DNA of 61,913 bases, filler included, from Kipferlia bialata (Eukaryota), in the NCBI GenBank assembly GCA_003568945.1. It is 4 parts of 4 records of this genome, joined end to end, with 100 filler letters (N's around TTAATTAATTAA, not from the genome) between each part and the next. Parts side by side here need not be neighbours in the genome. Positions count along the whole stretch, not along the records: positions 1 to 23,030 come from BDIP01000268.1; 3 more parts are not named here. The stretch is one strand, 5' to 3'. The notes beneath the pieces are model-generated. The model saw only the letters and a program-made list of their open reading frames with translations. It had not been told where the DNA came from and did not search any database. Each line of letters opens with the position of its first letter. Position 1 is the first letter of the stretch. Below, piece after piece: positions 1 through 13,627 of the stretch. The position numbers were made by a program, and so were the translations under genes.

Positions 1-260
1 ATTTTTTATTTATTTTATTCCCCCCCCCCCCCCCCCCCATATATATATATATATATACTAGATGGTCTATCCTCTCTTCATGTCCACATGCGATGTATTG
101 TTTAGCACTCCCCTCAATGTTGATTCTCTCAGTATCTCTCACTTACCTGGCTATATCTCACCCTTTATCCATGAGTATACATCTATCCTCATTGTATATA
201 TCATGTATTTCTCTTACTCTCTCTCACTATCTCATGATACTGACTCTAGCCAAGACCCAG

Positions 261-3200
261 TACATCCTATGTGCCTCCTGCCAGCAGTGTGGCATGAGGT
301 GAGGATTGCTATGTATATATTTATATATGTATATATATATGCTATATGTATATATGTATATGTGGGCGAGGATTACTGTTCCAGTATCAACTGACTGATA
401 CTGAGTGTTACTATATCAGTGTTTAAGGATGAAACACTATTATTGCCCCCCCCATCCTCCCCTCCCTTCCCCTATCGGACCTCACTTGGTCACCCTCTCA
501 TATTCCATTCTTTCACCTCGATTTCTTTCTTTTTCCTTCTGTTTTGCCTTATTTCTTTCACCCTTTTTCTTTCCTTTTCACTACTCTTTTGCCTGACCCA
601 GGGTATTGACCGGTGGTGGCTACCACCTAGGGGCATTCACATTTAGGTATTCATATAACATCTAGTATAAATGTGATATATATAGTATGTATGCTACCAC
701 CTAGGGGCATTCACATTTAGGTATACACGCACACGCACATATATATTTATATATTAATATTGTATGTAGTATATATATTGATTGTTAGCTATTGTGTTAG
801 TTATTATATGTATTCCGTGGCTACCACCTATATATCACCTATTTAAAAATTTATTGGTTAACCATATATAATAGTGCATATCTCACTTCAGACAAGCCAA
901 GGGTGTCAAGTCCTTCAACTGCAAGCACGCTGACTCATGCCCAACAGGCAACGGTGAGTGACACTATACTCTAGGCAAATAGAAGTATTTTATAGTATTT
1001 CATTGATACAGTACTACTGACTGTCTTATCCAAGGCACCGCCCAGTATAGTATCCGTATTCACTGTATTGAACCTATATGTATAAGTGGATGTATATGCC
1101 TCTACCACCAGGCACCCCCCAGTTTGTCCATGTGACACCCCTGCCAGACATGCCCAAGGCGGTGCCCAGAGGTAAGTATAGTACACATATATATATAGTG
1201 TATATACATACTAATATATATATATAACAACACACACACATATGTATATGTGTGTATATAGTGTAAATATATATATTGTACTCGAGCTCTCTATGTATGT
1301 GTACTGTATGCCCTTCCAGACATGGCCAGGGGGGTGCCCAAAGGTATATATTCACATGTACTTTGTATATCGCACGCACAGATATATATCGACCTGTACT
1401 CGTGTTCTATATACCAAGTATCATGTCAGACATGCTCAGTAATACTGAGTCAGTATCAGTAATGTGTCACAGATACTGATACTGCTCAAGGGGGACCCAG
1501 AGGTTTATGCATTTAGATATATACATGAAGCAATGTGTTCATATATTCATCTATACACATATATATACATTCACACACCTGCAAAACAAAGCAGGTGCCT
1601 CGATATATGGGTAAATAGTAATCTAACGATTTTGAGGAATGTATGCTGAAGTAGAGAGCTAATGATAGGTGCCAAGTGCCTGGCCTCCCTTGGTTATGGA
1701 CAGAGCATCTGGGGACTGAAGAGACACAACCCCTGGTATGAGAAACCAGCCAACCCAGAGAAGGTAACATAATGAGCTCACATTCCTGTATAGAGACACA
1801 CATCCATATCAGAAGTTGTCAACACGAGATATATTCATTTATGCGGTTATGTGTTCTTTACACAAGCTGTATTACGTGTGGACCTCTGATGGAGAGACAG
1901 CCTGCAGACGTATAGAGCTCCCTACTGACTGGAGACTGGCTGACTCCCCCGATGCTGCTACACGCATCGGGAGCGACCTGTATATCCTACTCATGAGACT
2001 GAATCTGATCGAGGAGGTTGCCTGTAAGCGTCGCGACCTGGAGTGTCGCGTGTGGAGGCTATCCCTTGACACCTTCTCCAAGTGTGACTGCCACATACCC
2101 AGGGGCCCACCTAGGGTAGACATGGAGATCAAGACAATACGCGGCAGGTGGAGTGCTCTAGCAGACAGCAACCCCTACCATCCCTCTGTCCACCCAGACC
2201 AGGGGGGCTATAGGAGGTCTGCAGAGATTGACAAGTGGCACATGGTCTCAATGGCTGGGTCTCTCTACCTGTTCTGCGTGGGTAATGGCAGCTTCACTCC
2301 CACCTATGTCTATGAACACATGCCAAATAGTGACACATGGGTACGGAGGGCCAAGATAACACACAAGAAAGGGTTCGATGGCGCTGTGGATATTGCCCCG
2401 AGGCACTACGTCATTGCATCGACACACAACAACATCCACTTCCTGGCCGGAACCCGGCACATGATGTACAGTGCCGGCATTGATGGAGGTATTGGAGTGC
2501 AGTTCAGTATATCATCATATATAGATGTATTATGTATTAGTATATACATGAACAAATACAGAGTATATGGATGTGTAGTGTACAAACATACATATATATA
2601 CTGGGAATCTATATTCTAGGGTATGCCCTTATTGCAGGCAAGGGCAAGTGGCAGTCAGAGGACATGCCTGAGGGTGTGGGTGTGGATGGGGGGCACCATG
2701 CCGTGCATGGCAGACATATAGTGCTGACAGGGCCCAAGAACACGTTCAGGGCCTATAACACGGTTGATAACACGTACGTTTTCTTTTGGGCTCAGTAATG
2801 TCTGTATACTTGTATCAATATGGCAACACTGTATTACCATCGATATACTTCAGCTGGGCCCCCACCTGGTCGATATATCAGTGTGTGTATGCATCTTAGC
2901 TTATCTTTTTGATGTCTCAGTGTCTTCTCACCGTAGTTGGATCACCCACTTAGGAGTCTGAGACAATATATGGATGTGCATATTGATTGTTTACGTACAT
3001 GTGCTATATGCATATGTTTACCCTTCTTAGCCATCTTTACCCCAGTCCCACCTTGGCGATCGCTCAATTGTTTCTATACATCGCAATAATTGAGCGTTTA
3101 TTGCTATCTTAATCCCACCTTGGATATATATGTATCTATATGTGCTATCTCTACCTCAGTTGTATATATATATATTCATATATACATATATGAATGCAAT

Positions 3201-3498
3201 ACTACCTTCACCCCAGTTGGACCACCCACCTGGGTCTAGTGCACCTCAACAGGCCCAGGCTGCTATCCCAGGTACACACACACACACACTTATATATATA
3301 TATAAGTATATTTATATATATTTATATATATTTATATATATATATTTTTATATATACCTCATCACACCCCAGTGCGGTACAGAGGCAGAGAGGGAGTGCA
3401 TGTGTGTGGCCAGTGTACCCATCGAGGGCTGGAGAGACGCAGTCATGTACGACCTGAAGGCACTGGAGCTGTGTCCACAGGAGGAATGGGGGGTGTAG
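261..3498 (+). CDS. Kelch/beta-propeller-like protein, multi-exon, 5' part outside the window
   Basis: Phase-compatible exons at 261-298, 602-646, 892-954, 1111-1170 and ~1669-1762, a large exon from ~1868 (ATRIGSDLYIL; MVSMAGSLYLFCVG..VYEHMPNSDTWV), ~2637-2773 and a terminal exon ending VPIEGWRDAVMYDLKALELCPQEEWGV* at 3498. Kelch-like G-x-LY and Y..W motifs. Confidence 0.6.
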
Positions 3499-4483
3499 TC
3501 TCTCTCTCTCTCTCCTTTGAGAGGTCTCAAGGCACTCGAGATGTGTCCACAGGCTGACTGGGGGATGTAGGGTCTCTCTGCCCCGCCAAGTTGAGTGTCA
3601 AGACTACACACTAGCATGGCTCTTATATGATACTAGCTGTGTCCACATGCTGACTGGGGTGTGGTGTAGACTACACTGTAGTAGCACTATACCTCTCCCT
3701 TGACTATATTGCTAGCCGTGTTACTGAACTCGATTATGACTTGACACTTAATAGGAGGGAGTAAACATCCCATACATCCATACACTTGTAACTAACGAGT
3801 TGTAGGCACTTACCTGCTGGTATCGATATGTCACTGCAATAGAAGCGGGAAGTGTCTGTATTCACAATGAGTGGGGAGAGAGGATTACCAATGTCAGAGA
3901 ATGAGTCGGAAGCAAGATGGCCATCCTAGTTACTGTGCCGGTATACTCTATTTAAGTACTCCCCCCACACAAAGACATTCGGAAGTCCCAGGACTAGTAT
4001 GCTACTCTTTGCCAGCGCCAATGCTTTCTGAACCCTAGATCTTTGCTATCATCTCCCTGTTCTTTTTGTTTTACTCTGAAAGAATCTATTGCTCCGCTCT
4101 GGACCCTTAGTCAATACCGTACGAGACGCTTTACTCTGAAAGGGTCTGTTAGATTTGTGTTGATGTCTGACACTTGTCACTCTATATACCAAACATGCAT
4201 CAGGTGGCTGTCCCTGGCTCCTTCCTCAACAGGAGGGTGGCCTATATAGGGCCTCTGACAAGGGAGGGAGATGTGCCAGGTGTGTGTATATTGTCATATA
4301 GACAGAAGGGTGTATAGAGTCATTTGCATGATAGCATATGTACACTCTCAGCACTTATCTCTCTCTCTCTCGCCCTTTGGGGAATGATATCCAGATTGGG
4401 GTTTTAGTTAGCATGTGGAATAGTTTGTATGTTAGTGTATACTAGAATACTATCCTATATATTCTTCTCCACTCTCTCTTCCA

Positions 4484-4519
<36 letters not shown>

Positions 4520-4895
4520 CTCCTCCCCCCCCCCCCCCCCCCCTCCCTCCCTCTCTGATCTTCCGCACTGATCTTGACTATTAGTGACTCCTTCACATAT
4601 CTCTCTCTCTCTCTCTCTCTCAGTCTCTCTGGATACTTTGCTGCTCACCCTCAGCACTATGGAGAGTACATATACATCTCTCTCTCTCTATCATTCTTGA
4701 CTAATTCTGACTCCTTCACATCTCTCTCTCTCAGTCTGTCACTATCTGTCTGCTTTGGTGCTCACCCTTAGCATTGTGTGGAGTGCTAGGGATATCTCTC
4801 TCTTCCCCCCCCTCTCTCTCTATATATATATATATATACAAGAATGTTTCTATTAACCCAGCACTATGGATATTCTCTTTGTTTCTCACCCCCAG

Positions 4896-5278
4896 CACTA
4901 TGGAGAGTGCATGGGATCCTGCTCCAGTCACAGTGGGTACTGCATTGAGGTATGATTCTACAATTGTATATGTTTGTATATGTGATCATATATGTCTCCA
5001 TATATATATGTGTGTGTGGATGGGATCATGCTCCAGTCACAGTGGGTACTGCATTGAGGTATGGTTCTATCCTGCGCCTCTCCCACACGTTGTATAATAA
5101 CTTCCATATGACCTTCACAGTGGGCATGGGCAGTGTTCGAGTTTTACAAGCACATGTCTCTCTATCCCTCTCCACTCTCTTTCTCTCCCCACTCTTTCTC
5201 TTTCTTTCTCTCTCTCTTGATTCTATATAATGTCTCACTGAACAAGCCCAAGCAGTGTGTCTGTTCCACATGAACAAT

Positions 5279-5320
<42 letters not shown>

Positions 5321-7657
5321 TGATTGTTAGGTATCTCCTGAGTAGTGTGCCTCTTCCTGCTGTGCAGAGTTCTCCTATTTCACTCTCCCTCTCTCCCTCC
5401 CCCCCGTATTTCTCATGTTTAACCTCCCTTTACAGTCAGACCAAGCCAGAGCAGTGTGCCTGTTCCACATGTGCCTTCGACTTCGGTGCAGAGGTATGAG
5501 TCTCTCTCCCTCTGTTTGGTGCAGAAGAATTTGAACTCTCTCTTACGCTCAGTCTAGATGTTAAGTTGTGAGTGTTATACACGCATACACATATTGAATT
5601 CCTGAATCCTCTTCAAAACTGGTCAATGTGAGTCTATTTCACCCACTCTCTCTCTCAACCTCTTGTGTGGTAGCATTTTATTCACTCACCACTCAGAAGT
5701 GCCTGGGTGGCTGTGACTACCCCCACTACTGTGTTGTGCCATACTATCCCTCTCTCTCTCAATCTCTCTTATGTGATTGCTTCTCTAACCGTTAGAAGTG
5801 CCTGGGTGGATGTGACTACCCCCACTACTGTGTCCTGACATCCAACACCACATGCTCCTGTGCATCATGTGGGTGGGGGTCAACTATGCAGGTATACTCT
5901 GTTCTCTTAGTTTCTCGGGTACACCCATACGAATTCCCCCCCCCCCCCATAAATCAGAATCTATTTCTCAGTGTATGTTTCACCCTCTCTGTCTTCCTCC
6001 CTACCACCCTCCAGTTAAGTGTGTCAGTGTCTCTATCCATCTCTGCACCACACACCAATATTAGCCGAGATCTCTCTCTCTCTCTCTCTCTCGCTGTGAG
6101 TATTTATATCCCCCACCCCCAGGACAAGTGTGTCGGTCTGTGCCAGTCTGGGTACCACTGCATACAGGAGGTATCTCGAAGTAGATACACAATACTCATT
6201 ATGTCATACAGGATGTACTATAGAGTGTTCCAAAACAAGTGGTTCTTACTCTCTCTACAAGGAGTATGCGTTCTCAAATTCACTCACTACTTCAGTTACC
6301 CCACTGCACCCCTAATCCCATTCATACTATATATTTAATAGCATATACACCTCTCTGAGAGAAGTTTTCTCCCGCATATATACACTCCTAATCCCAGTAC
6401 GAACACAGTCAGTGCACTTGTGGTAAGAATGAGGTAGGAAGGGGTTTCAACTATCATTGAACATACGTATTTACATATATCTCATATCAGTGTTCATATG
6501 ACTATGTCTCTACTATGACTGTATTTTGACATGTGTGCATCCTCTCTATTCCTCTCTCTCTCTCTCTATATATATACACATACTGCTAGCAGAGTACCTA
6601 TGCCTCTGACACGTGTGTGTGTAACTTCTCTCTCTCTCTCTCTCTCTCTCCCATGTAAATACAGTGCATCCATAACCCTAGTGCACCTATGACTATGCCT
6701 CTGACATGTGTGTGGGCACGTGCCGCTCAGGCACACAGTGTACACAGACAAAGGTATTGGAAAGCACAGTAAATGAATACATATACATAATATATATATA
6801 TATATATATTGTGTATGTACATGCAGGTCAGGCACACAGTGCACCCAGACAAAGGTATGTCAAAACTTGGTGCACAAAGTGTACAATCATAGTATGTGTA
6901 TTGACCCCACGCTGGCCAGTGGATATATGCATGTAATACGCTACACATATTCTACACATACTGTAGTTATAGTGTATTGACTCCAGCCTGGCCAGTGCAC
7001 ATGTGCCCAGTGTGCATATGATGTCGGAAAGGAGAAGGTCAGGGACTATATATTATTATATAGATTGATAGATTGATACTTATATATTGATTGTGATGTA
7101 GGCAAGGACAAGGTTAGGATCTACTAATGGTATTGTATGGTTTGTGAAACAGGTGACACAATTTATATAACTCCCCATTGTACTTGAGATATACTCTGAC
7201 CACCAGTGTGAGGGCAACTGTCCCGGGGAGAGATGCCTTCTTGTGCAGCATGGCTCGGCCAATGTATGCCAGGTATAGCCTCATAGGGAATTCTACATAA
7301 AATACAATGGTATGGTATTTACATAAAGTGTATATTTGCAGTAGATATATACTTGAGTTTGAGATGTCTACTGGTTCAACATAGCTCGGCGAATGTCTGT
7401 CAGGTATATGATATGTGTATACACACTCTTCTGGGTATCCGGTCTCCCCCATCCCCCCCCCCGCCACAATTGATGATTGATATCCTTCTCCGTTCCTCTC
7501 AATATGCCACTCACTCCTAAGTTAGGAGTCCTAACTATCTCTTTATGTATCACGGGTTGTGTAGTTAACTATTCGTCTCTTCCCTTTCTCTCTTCCCTTT
7601 CTCTCTGACTAATTCACTTCTCTTTTGACAGTGTTCCATGTATGCACTCACACCTTA
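4896..7657 (+). CDS. Cysteine-rich repeat protein built from small phase-0 exons (start not identified, probably ~3900-4300)
   Basis: Exons HYGECMGSCSSHSGYCIE | TKPEQCACSTCAFDFGAE | KCLGGCDYPHYCVLTSNTTCSCASCGWGSTMQ | DKCVGLCQSGYHCIQE | YEHSQCTCGKNE | ..TCVGTCRSGTQCTQTK | PGQCTCAQCAYDVGKEK | CEGNCPGERCLLVQHGSANVCQ | CSMYALTP*. Repeating C-x-G-x-C...C...C-x-C-x-x-C unit. Confidence 0.65.
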
Positions 7658-7917
7658 GTGCAGCATGGGCGATGCACCCCAGTCAATGGAGATGTACCTC
7701 CCAACACCATAGGTGTGTTCCCACAAGTAGTATTGGACATCAAGTAGCACTGGTTCACTAGCAAGGGTCCAATCCTTGCAAGGGTAGTGGCTGAGTAGTT
7801 CCAAGACCAACATAGCATCATAGTGGAAAGAGTCACTTCTATAATAGAGCCTTTCCTTCCAATGGTTTTCAGGACCTGCTGCTAGACCACTAGTATTTGT
7901 TATCAGCATAGATTCTA

Positions 7918-8311
7918 TTACATGTATGGGCCTAAGGAGCACCCCTCCGGCATGGCTGCCCGGATAGCATCAGCGCCCTCTTCGCCAATGGGGTTGCCCT
8001 TCAGATCGACCTGAGGTCAGGTTTTACTTAATGGGTATATATATACAAAAGGTATATAGAAGTAGGCTGTGCCCATCATATCGACTTTGGGGTCAGAATT
8101 CACGATATACATACACAGAATATACATATAGTGCATAATTGATTCATATTGGATGGATACCCATCATTGGGACCTGGGGTGAAAGGAAAGAGCACTCTCA
8201 GTATACTTCTTCCATAGGTTCATAGTATATATATACGTTCGTATTGAAGTGAGGGCAATGCTGCTAAGGCAGCTGCCAGTACCTGTGCACATTAACTATA
8301 AGCACACACAT

Positions 8312-8348
<37 letters not shown>

Positions 8349-9506
8349 ATGGACGTACGTATTGAAGTGAGGTCAATGCTGGCAGGGCTGCTGCCAGTGC
8401 CTGTGCACCCTGGGGTCCAATGTCGTTGTGGGCTAGGTAGAGCTGACGGTTAGGTATGATATATATAGTATATATTATACACTCGTATATACATTTGGTA
8501 TGAGGTTAATTGCCTTTGAATGCCAGGTATGATACACATACACAGGCATATGTATATGTATGAGTATCTTACATGTGTGAGTTGTGGCATGTGCTGCAGA
8601 GTGGAGGCCAGGTCTCTGACACCCTGGTCACCCATGGCATGGTGCTTCAGACTCAGCTGGTGGTTAGTATTACACTATGGATATATAGTTATCGACAACT
8701 GTACTATACGTAAATATTGTGCTTGAGACTCAGCTGGAGATAAGTATACAGTGTGCAATGTTCATATGTGTACAGGGTATACACAGTACATATAGAGAGG
8801 TCACGAATCCACGTATGTCTTAATCGATTGATAATCGATAATATCCTCTGTCTTGCCTCCACGCACTCCACCACTGTGTTATGATTATATATACATCCAA
8901 TCTATTTATCTACATACATATTGATGTAGTATATGCGTGTCATATCCCCTTCCCCTCTGTCTACATACATTGTATCAGTGAAGTGTACATACATATATAC
9001 TATACTCAACGTATACAATACTATATAAGTACATACATATACAGATATACATGCATATATGAACTATCTTACCCCCTTCTCCCCTGTCTCCATAACCTCT
9101 ACCAGCGTAGGGCACCATTCATACTGGGCACAGGCATGGTAGTGGGCCTAAGGTTCAAAGAGGGGAATTGTGTGTATATACGTGTTAATATTACTATTCA
9201 TAGAGGGAGTTAGTAGGCCTGAGAGTCAGGTGAAAGGGAGACAATATCGGGGGGGGGGGGGGGGGGGTGGGGGAGGGGGGGGGGGGGGGGGGGGGTGGGG
9301 GGGGGGGGGGGGGGGGGGATCTTAGTCCACCACTAGGCCTAGTAGGTATATACTTCCGTAAACACATGGGAGAGAGAGGGAGAGAGAGAGAGAGAGACCG
9401 TGCAGAGACAGGAAGAAGTACACACTGATATTTGTGTGTGACACACCCACCTCCACGCCTGAACCACAGCGGGACCGGTACGTGTCATAAGCCTTCTGGA
9501 GTGCCT
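7918..9506 (-). CDS. Leucine-rich repeat protein (RNI/NLRC3-like LRRs); 5' end uncertain (~9500-9720)
   Basis: Exons LSLKHHAMGDQGVRDLASTLQHMPQLTH, LYLAHNDIGPQGAQALAAALPALTSLQY and VDLKGNPIGEEGADAIRAAMPEGCSLGPYM* match the RI-like LRR consensus L-x-L-x-x-N-x-IG-x-x-G-x-x-x-LA. Confidence 0.8.
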
Positions 9507-9900
9507 AGAGTCAGGTACGTTGTAGTAGAATAGTGTGTGTGTGGGGGGGGGGGGCGGGGGGGTTGACACTAGGGTAGCAGCACGGTCTGCGATCTACATA
9601 CCTGTGTATACCCACTGTCAGGCACCCTTGCACTTAGGAAGGCATGCAACGACATGACACACACTCAATGAGAGAGCGTATCTGCCTCAGGGCGCCAGGG
9701 CCTCACAGATTAGATGTGTGGAGGAGAAGCTGTGTGGATTGTACTCAGCTAAGGTCTAAAGGCCGTTGCACAAACGTTGTTGGAAGCACCGATTCGGAGT
9801 AGACATGTATAGACTGTATAGAGCCTCTCTTGCAGCTGTTGACATCTAGCTGTGTGTGCAAGGCCTAGCTGAGGAAGCATTCCCCTCTTATGTCTGAGAT

Positions 9901-12900
9901 ATGTGGCTCCTAGGTGTCGCTCTCTCTCTTGTGTGGCTTCTGCCCCTTGCACTCTCCTCCGATGTACCTGATAACTGCCCAGAGTGTCTACTGGAGGGAC
10001 GCATATGGTGTGTGCTCCCATTCCCCCAGGTCAGTTATGCCTCACATAACGTGTCGTGTATACACCAGTCACAGCCACTACTAGACCTAGTATATCCCTC
10101 TGCTATGTATCTAATCCTCCAGGCTGACATCTGCTTCAGCTCTGTCGAGCAGTGCTATGCAGTAGGGGGTCAGGTCTCTGACTGCTCCATCCCCACCTGC
10201 TGCGCTGACTGTCTGGACTATGATGGGTACCTCTGGTGCCTAGAGTGGCTGGGCCCCTATGCTGCTGCCAACAGATGCATCCCTGAGGCCTCTGCCGGTG
10301 TCTGTGCCTTTGCGGCAGAGACACCCTATGAGTGCGATATCCAGCCAGCGACAGATTGCGAGGTATACTACATACATACTCAAGCTACTTTTCAGTATAG
10401 TTGTGCCACCATTATGTGTTTGCTGTTCTCGTGTCTGCGTGATGTCACTAACCCTAGGGCTGCATTGCCCTCAATGGGAGGTGGTGCATCCGCATAGGAT
10501 ATGACAACGAGTGTATACCCGAGGGAGCCGCCGTCCTCGAGGGATACTGCGCCGACATATACACCTCCCCCGAGGAATGTGCGTTTGAGACGCCTGAGAC
10601 GTGTGAGCAGTGCTTGAATCTACCCGGGTACGTCTGGTGCACAGTGTGGGAGGGTCCCTTCGCCAGTGAGAACCGGTGCATACCCGAGGACGAGGCCTTT
10701 GGGGTGTGTGCATACTATGCAGACATGCCCATAGAGTGTGGGGTGGAGCCTGACGACTGCGAGGGGTGCATTGCCCTGGACGGAAGGTGGGGGTGCATAT
10801 ATACATATATACATATATCTCTAGTGACCACCCTCTCTATATTTTGCACTTTCCTTTTACTCCATGAATTCATGATGGGATCCTTGTACATATGCACTGA
10901 CCCCAGATGGTGTGTGCGGGTAGGGTTTGACGATGAGTGCATCCCCCCAGGTGCTGCTGTCCTCGAGGGGTACTGCAACGAGATCTACACCAACCCGGAC
11001 CAGTGTCCATATGTACCACCCCCCATGGACACCTGTTATCAGTGTCTGCAGGTATGTATGGTTGGTGGAATATATACCTCATTCTAGGCATGAACCCTCT
11101 TTCTCTTGACATGACACAAGGTAGACAACGCCGTGTGGTGCTATCTAGATGACGAACCACCCAAGTGTGTTGATGCTAGTAACACTGCCCCCTGCGTGGC
11201 TATTGTGGAGGAGGAGGAGTTCTGTGGTGAGTGAGTACTATCGACTCCCCTCATCCACCTACTGCTAGTTGTCATCTTGCCTTAGAATGTATAACTTTAC
11301 TAGCCACCTCGTAGTCTCACCCCTCAGGCAAGCCCCAGGGCCAGGACTGTCTGACGTGCACTGAGTATGGGTGGTTCTACTGTGCACGTCTCTTTGAGGA
11401 GGATGAGTGTGTGCAACCAGGGCAGGAGGAGGACTGCGACGTTATCATTGAGGTATTCTACTACAGTAGTTTACTGCTGCATACACTGTGTTGCTAGTGA
11501 AGCTACGACTTGCTCACTGGACAGTCGCAGATATACTGCCTTATCGTTGTGTCTCTCCCTCTGCTTATGATCAGGACCCCCTCGACTGCTCCCTCATCCC
11601 TCTCATGCCTACCGAGTGTTTCGACTGCCTTCTTGCCGGGTACACATGGTGTGAGACCCCGGGTGGATACCTCTGTGTGGGGTCTGTCCAGTACTGCTCA
11701 GACATAGGGGGTGTCTCTGTCTCTGACCCCGCTGACTGTCCCCAAGGCCCACTCACAGACACATGCCCCACCTGTGTTGACAATGGGTACCTATGGTGCT
11801 CTGTTACTACAGAGGAAGACTCCTTCTGTACAGACAGTGAACTGGTCTGCCTAGCTGCTGGGGGGTCTGTGGTGATAGAGAGGACTGAGTGCACTGACCC
11901 TAGAGACTACCAGGACTGCTACTCGTGTGTACAGGCAGGTCTCTGGTGGTATGGCACCCGATGTGATGAAAGTGCTGTTAGGGATAGGGGGGACAGGGGG
12001 GAGACTACATGCCCAGTGCCAGAGGTTGGTTATGCTATACTGTCATGTCACACTCAAACTATACATTGCTGAGCAAAACTACTGCGGCGGAGAGACGGTC
12101 TCATACTCGTTACTCACTCCAGACATGCGATGAGTGCCACTCACAGGACAAGGTCTGGTGTGCCGTCCCGGACTCTCCTGACCTGTGTGTCGACACCCTT
12201 GACGAGTGCTTCTGCCTAGCTGGTACCCCTGTCCGTGACTGCACTATCCCAGACACCTGCGATGACTGCATACTACGCGACTATGTGTGGTGCCGTGACC
12301 CTGTATCTGGCGAGGTAACCACCTCTACTGACACTATATACACTACCATATGGTACATCAATGATCATCATGATGCATATGATGTGCGTTCATATATGTG
12401 CTCACACAGGAGATGTGTGCCGAGGAGTGTGACCCCTGCTCAGAGACTGTAGTGCCAGTCACTGACCCTGCCCTATGTACACCCCCTTGCACCCTCTCCA
12501 GCTGCGAGACATGCCAGGCTGCAGGGTACAACTGGTGTCTGGACTGTGCCTGTGACGGAGCCTCTGAGTCGTGTGTAGCAGCAGGATATGACTGCCCTGG
12601 CATAGTGAGTCAGTGTAGGGACACATCATTAGACGTGAAGCCTAGGGCTGTCTGCTACGATGCACATTCTGATGAGGCTGTCTTTGAGGCATCCAACTAT
12701 GGACCATTTGCTGTTGTTCCAGTTGGGGTGGACAACTGGTACGATATATTCACACCTCTCAACAATAGCGCTGATGTATTGTTGCAATGGATATCATACG
12801 CTATTGGGGATGATTCCTATTCATATTGACATATGGCTAATGCAGGGTGTGTCCCGGTGGCCCTAGTGTGGGCCAGCCCCTGATACTGCAGACAGGACAG

Positions 12901-13145
12901 ACAACATTCAGGGTGCGGTTCTGTATACACACACTCCATGTAGAAGGGACACGCCCGCTCTTTCAGTGTCATCCATATACAACACCCCTTTGTACTCACT
13001 TCAGACCAAGATGGAGCCTGACTCAGACGTAACAGTGTGGCATCTAGATGGACGCGAGGCCACTGTGTCACGGTCACACAGTCCCAGGTGCCAGGAACAC
13101 GAGGACTGTAAGAATGACTGTAACTACGGGTGGGGCAAGGAGTGA
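9901..13145 (+). CDS. Secreted Cys-rich protein with many PSI-like (CxxC..G.xWC..C) repeats and a distinct C-terminal beta domain
   Basis: Signal peptide MWLLGVALSLVWLLPLALS. Repeats such as CADCLDYDGYLWC, CEQCLNLPGYVWC, CFDCLLAGYTWC, CPTCVDNGYLWC and CETCQAAGYNWC. Short GT-AG introns; stop TGA at 13143-13145. Confidence 0.8.
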
Positions 13146-13627
13146 AATCACGACTAAATAGGTGAAATATTGCTGCATTTGTCAGACTGAGTTCCAGTTT
13201 TCGCTCAATGAGCACTGCTGATATCTCTCACTATCTCAAACACTCTTCTAAGAAGAGACTTCTTCGCTCTATACTTTAGCTCAATTACCATCGCCAGTTA
13301 CTGATTCAGTGGATCATACTACTTCATAACGGTCTTGTGTGAGAGCTGGTTAGTACGTTCGTACGAACCACTGTTTATGAGAACCTATATGCAAATTGCA
13401 AGACAACCCAGAATCGATATATAAATCGAAGAATGGAAAAGCGATCAAAGCGTCTTACAGTGTCACTCAAGCTGTCCTATAATATCCATTGATGATCCTG
13501 CCTTTGCGCCAGTAGATGTACTGGCCTTGTTGTCCCCGATCCACCACCTACCTGCCTCCATTATATATAGTGGCATGTATGGAGACTCCCTCTCTCTCTA
13601 TGCTCTCTAATCTCCAGTAAAGAGTCT

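Noticed and set aside
4070..4150. Direct repeat TTTACTCTGAAAG at 60-bp spacing
   Set aside because: Only two copies; most simply another local duplication with no assignable function.
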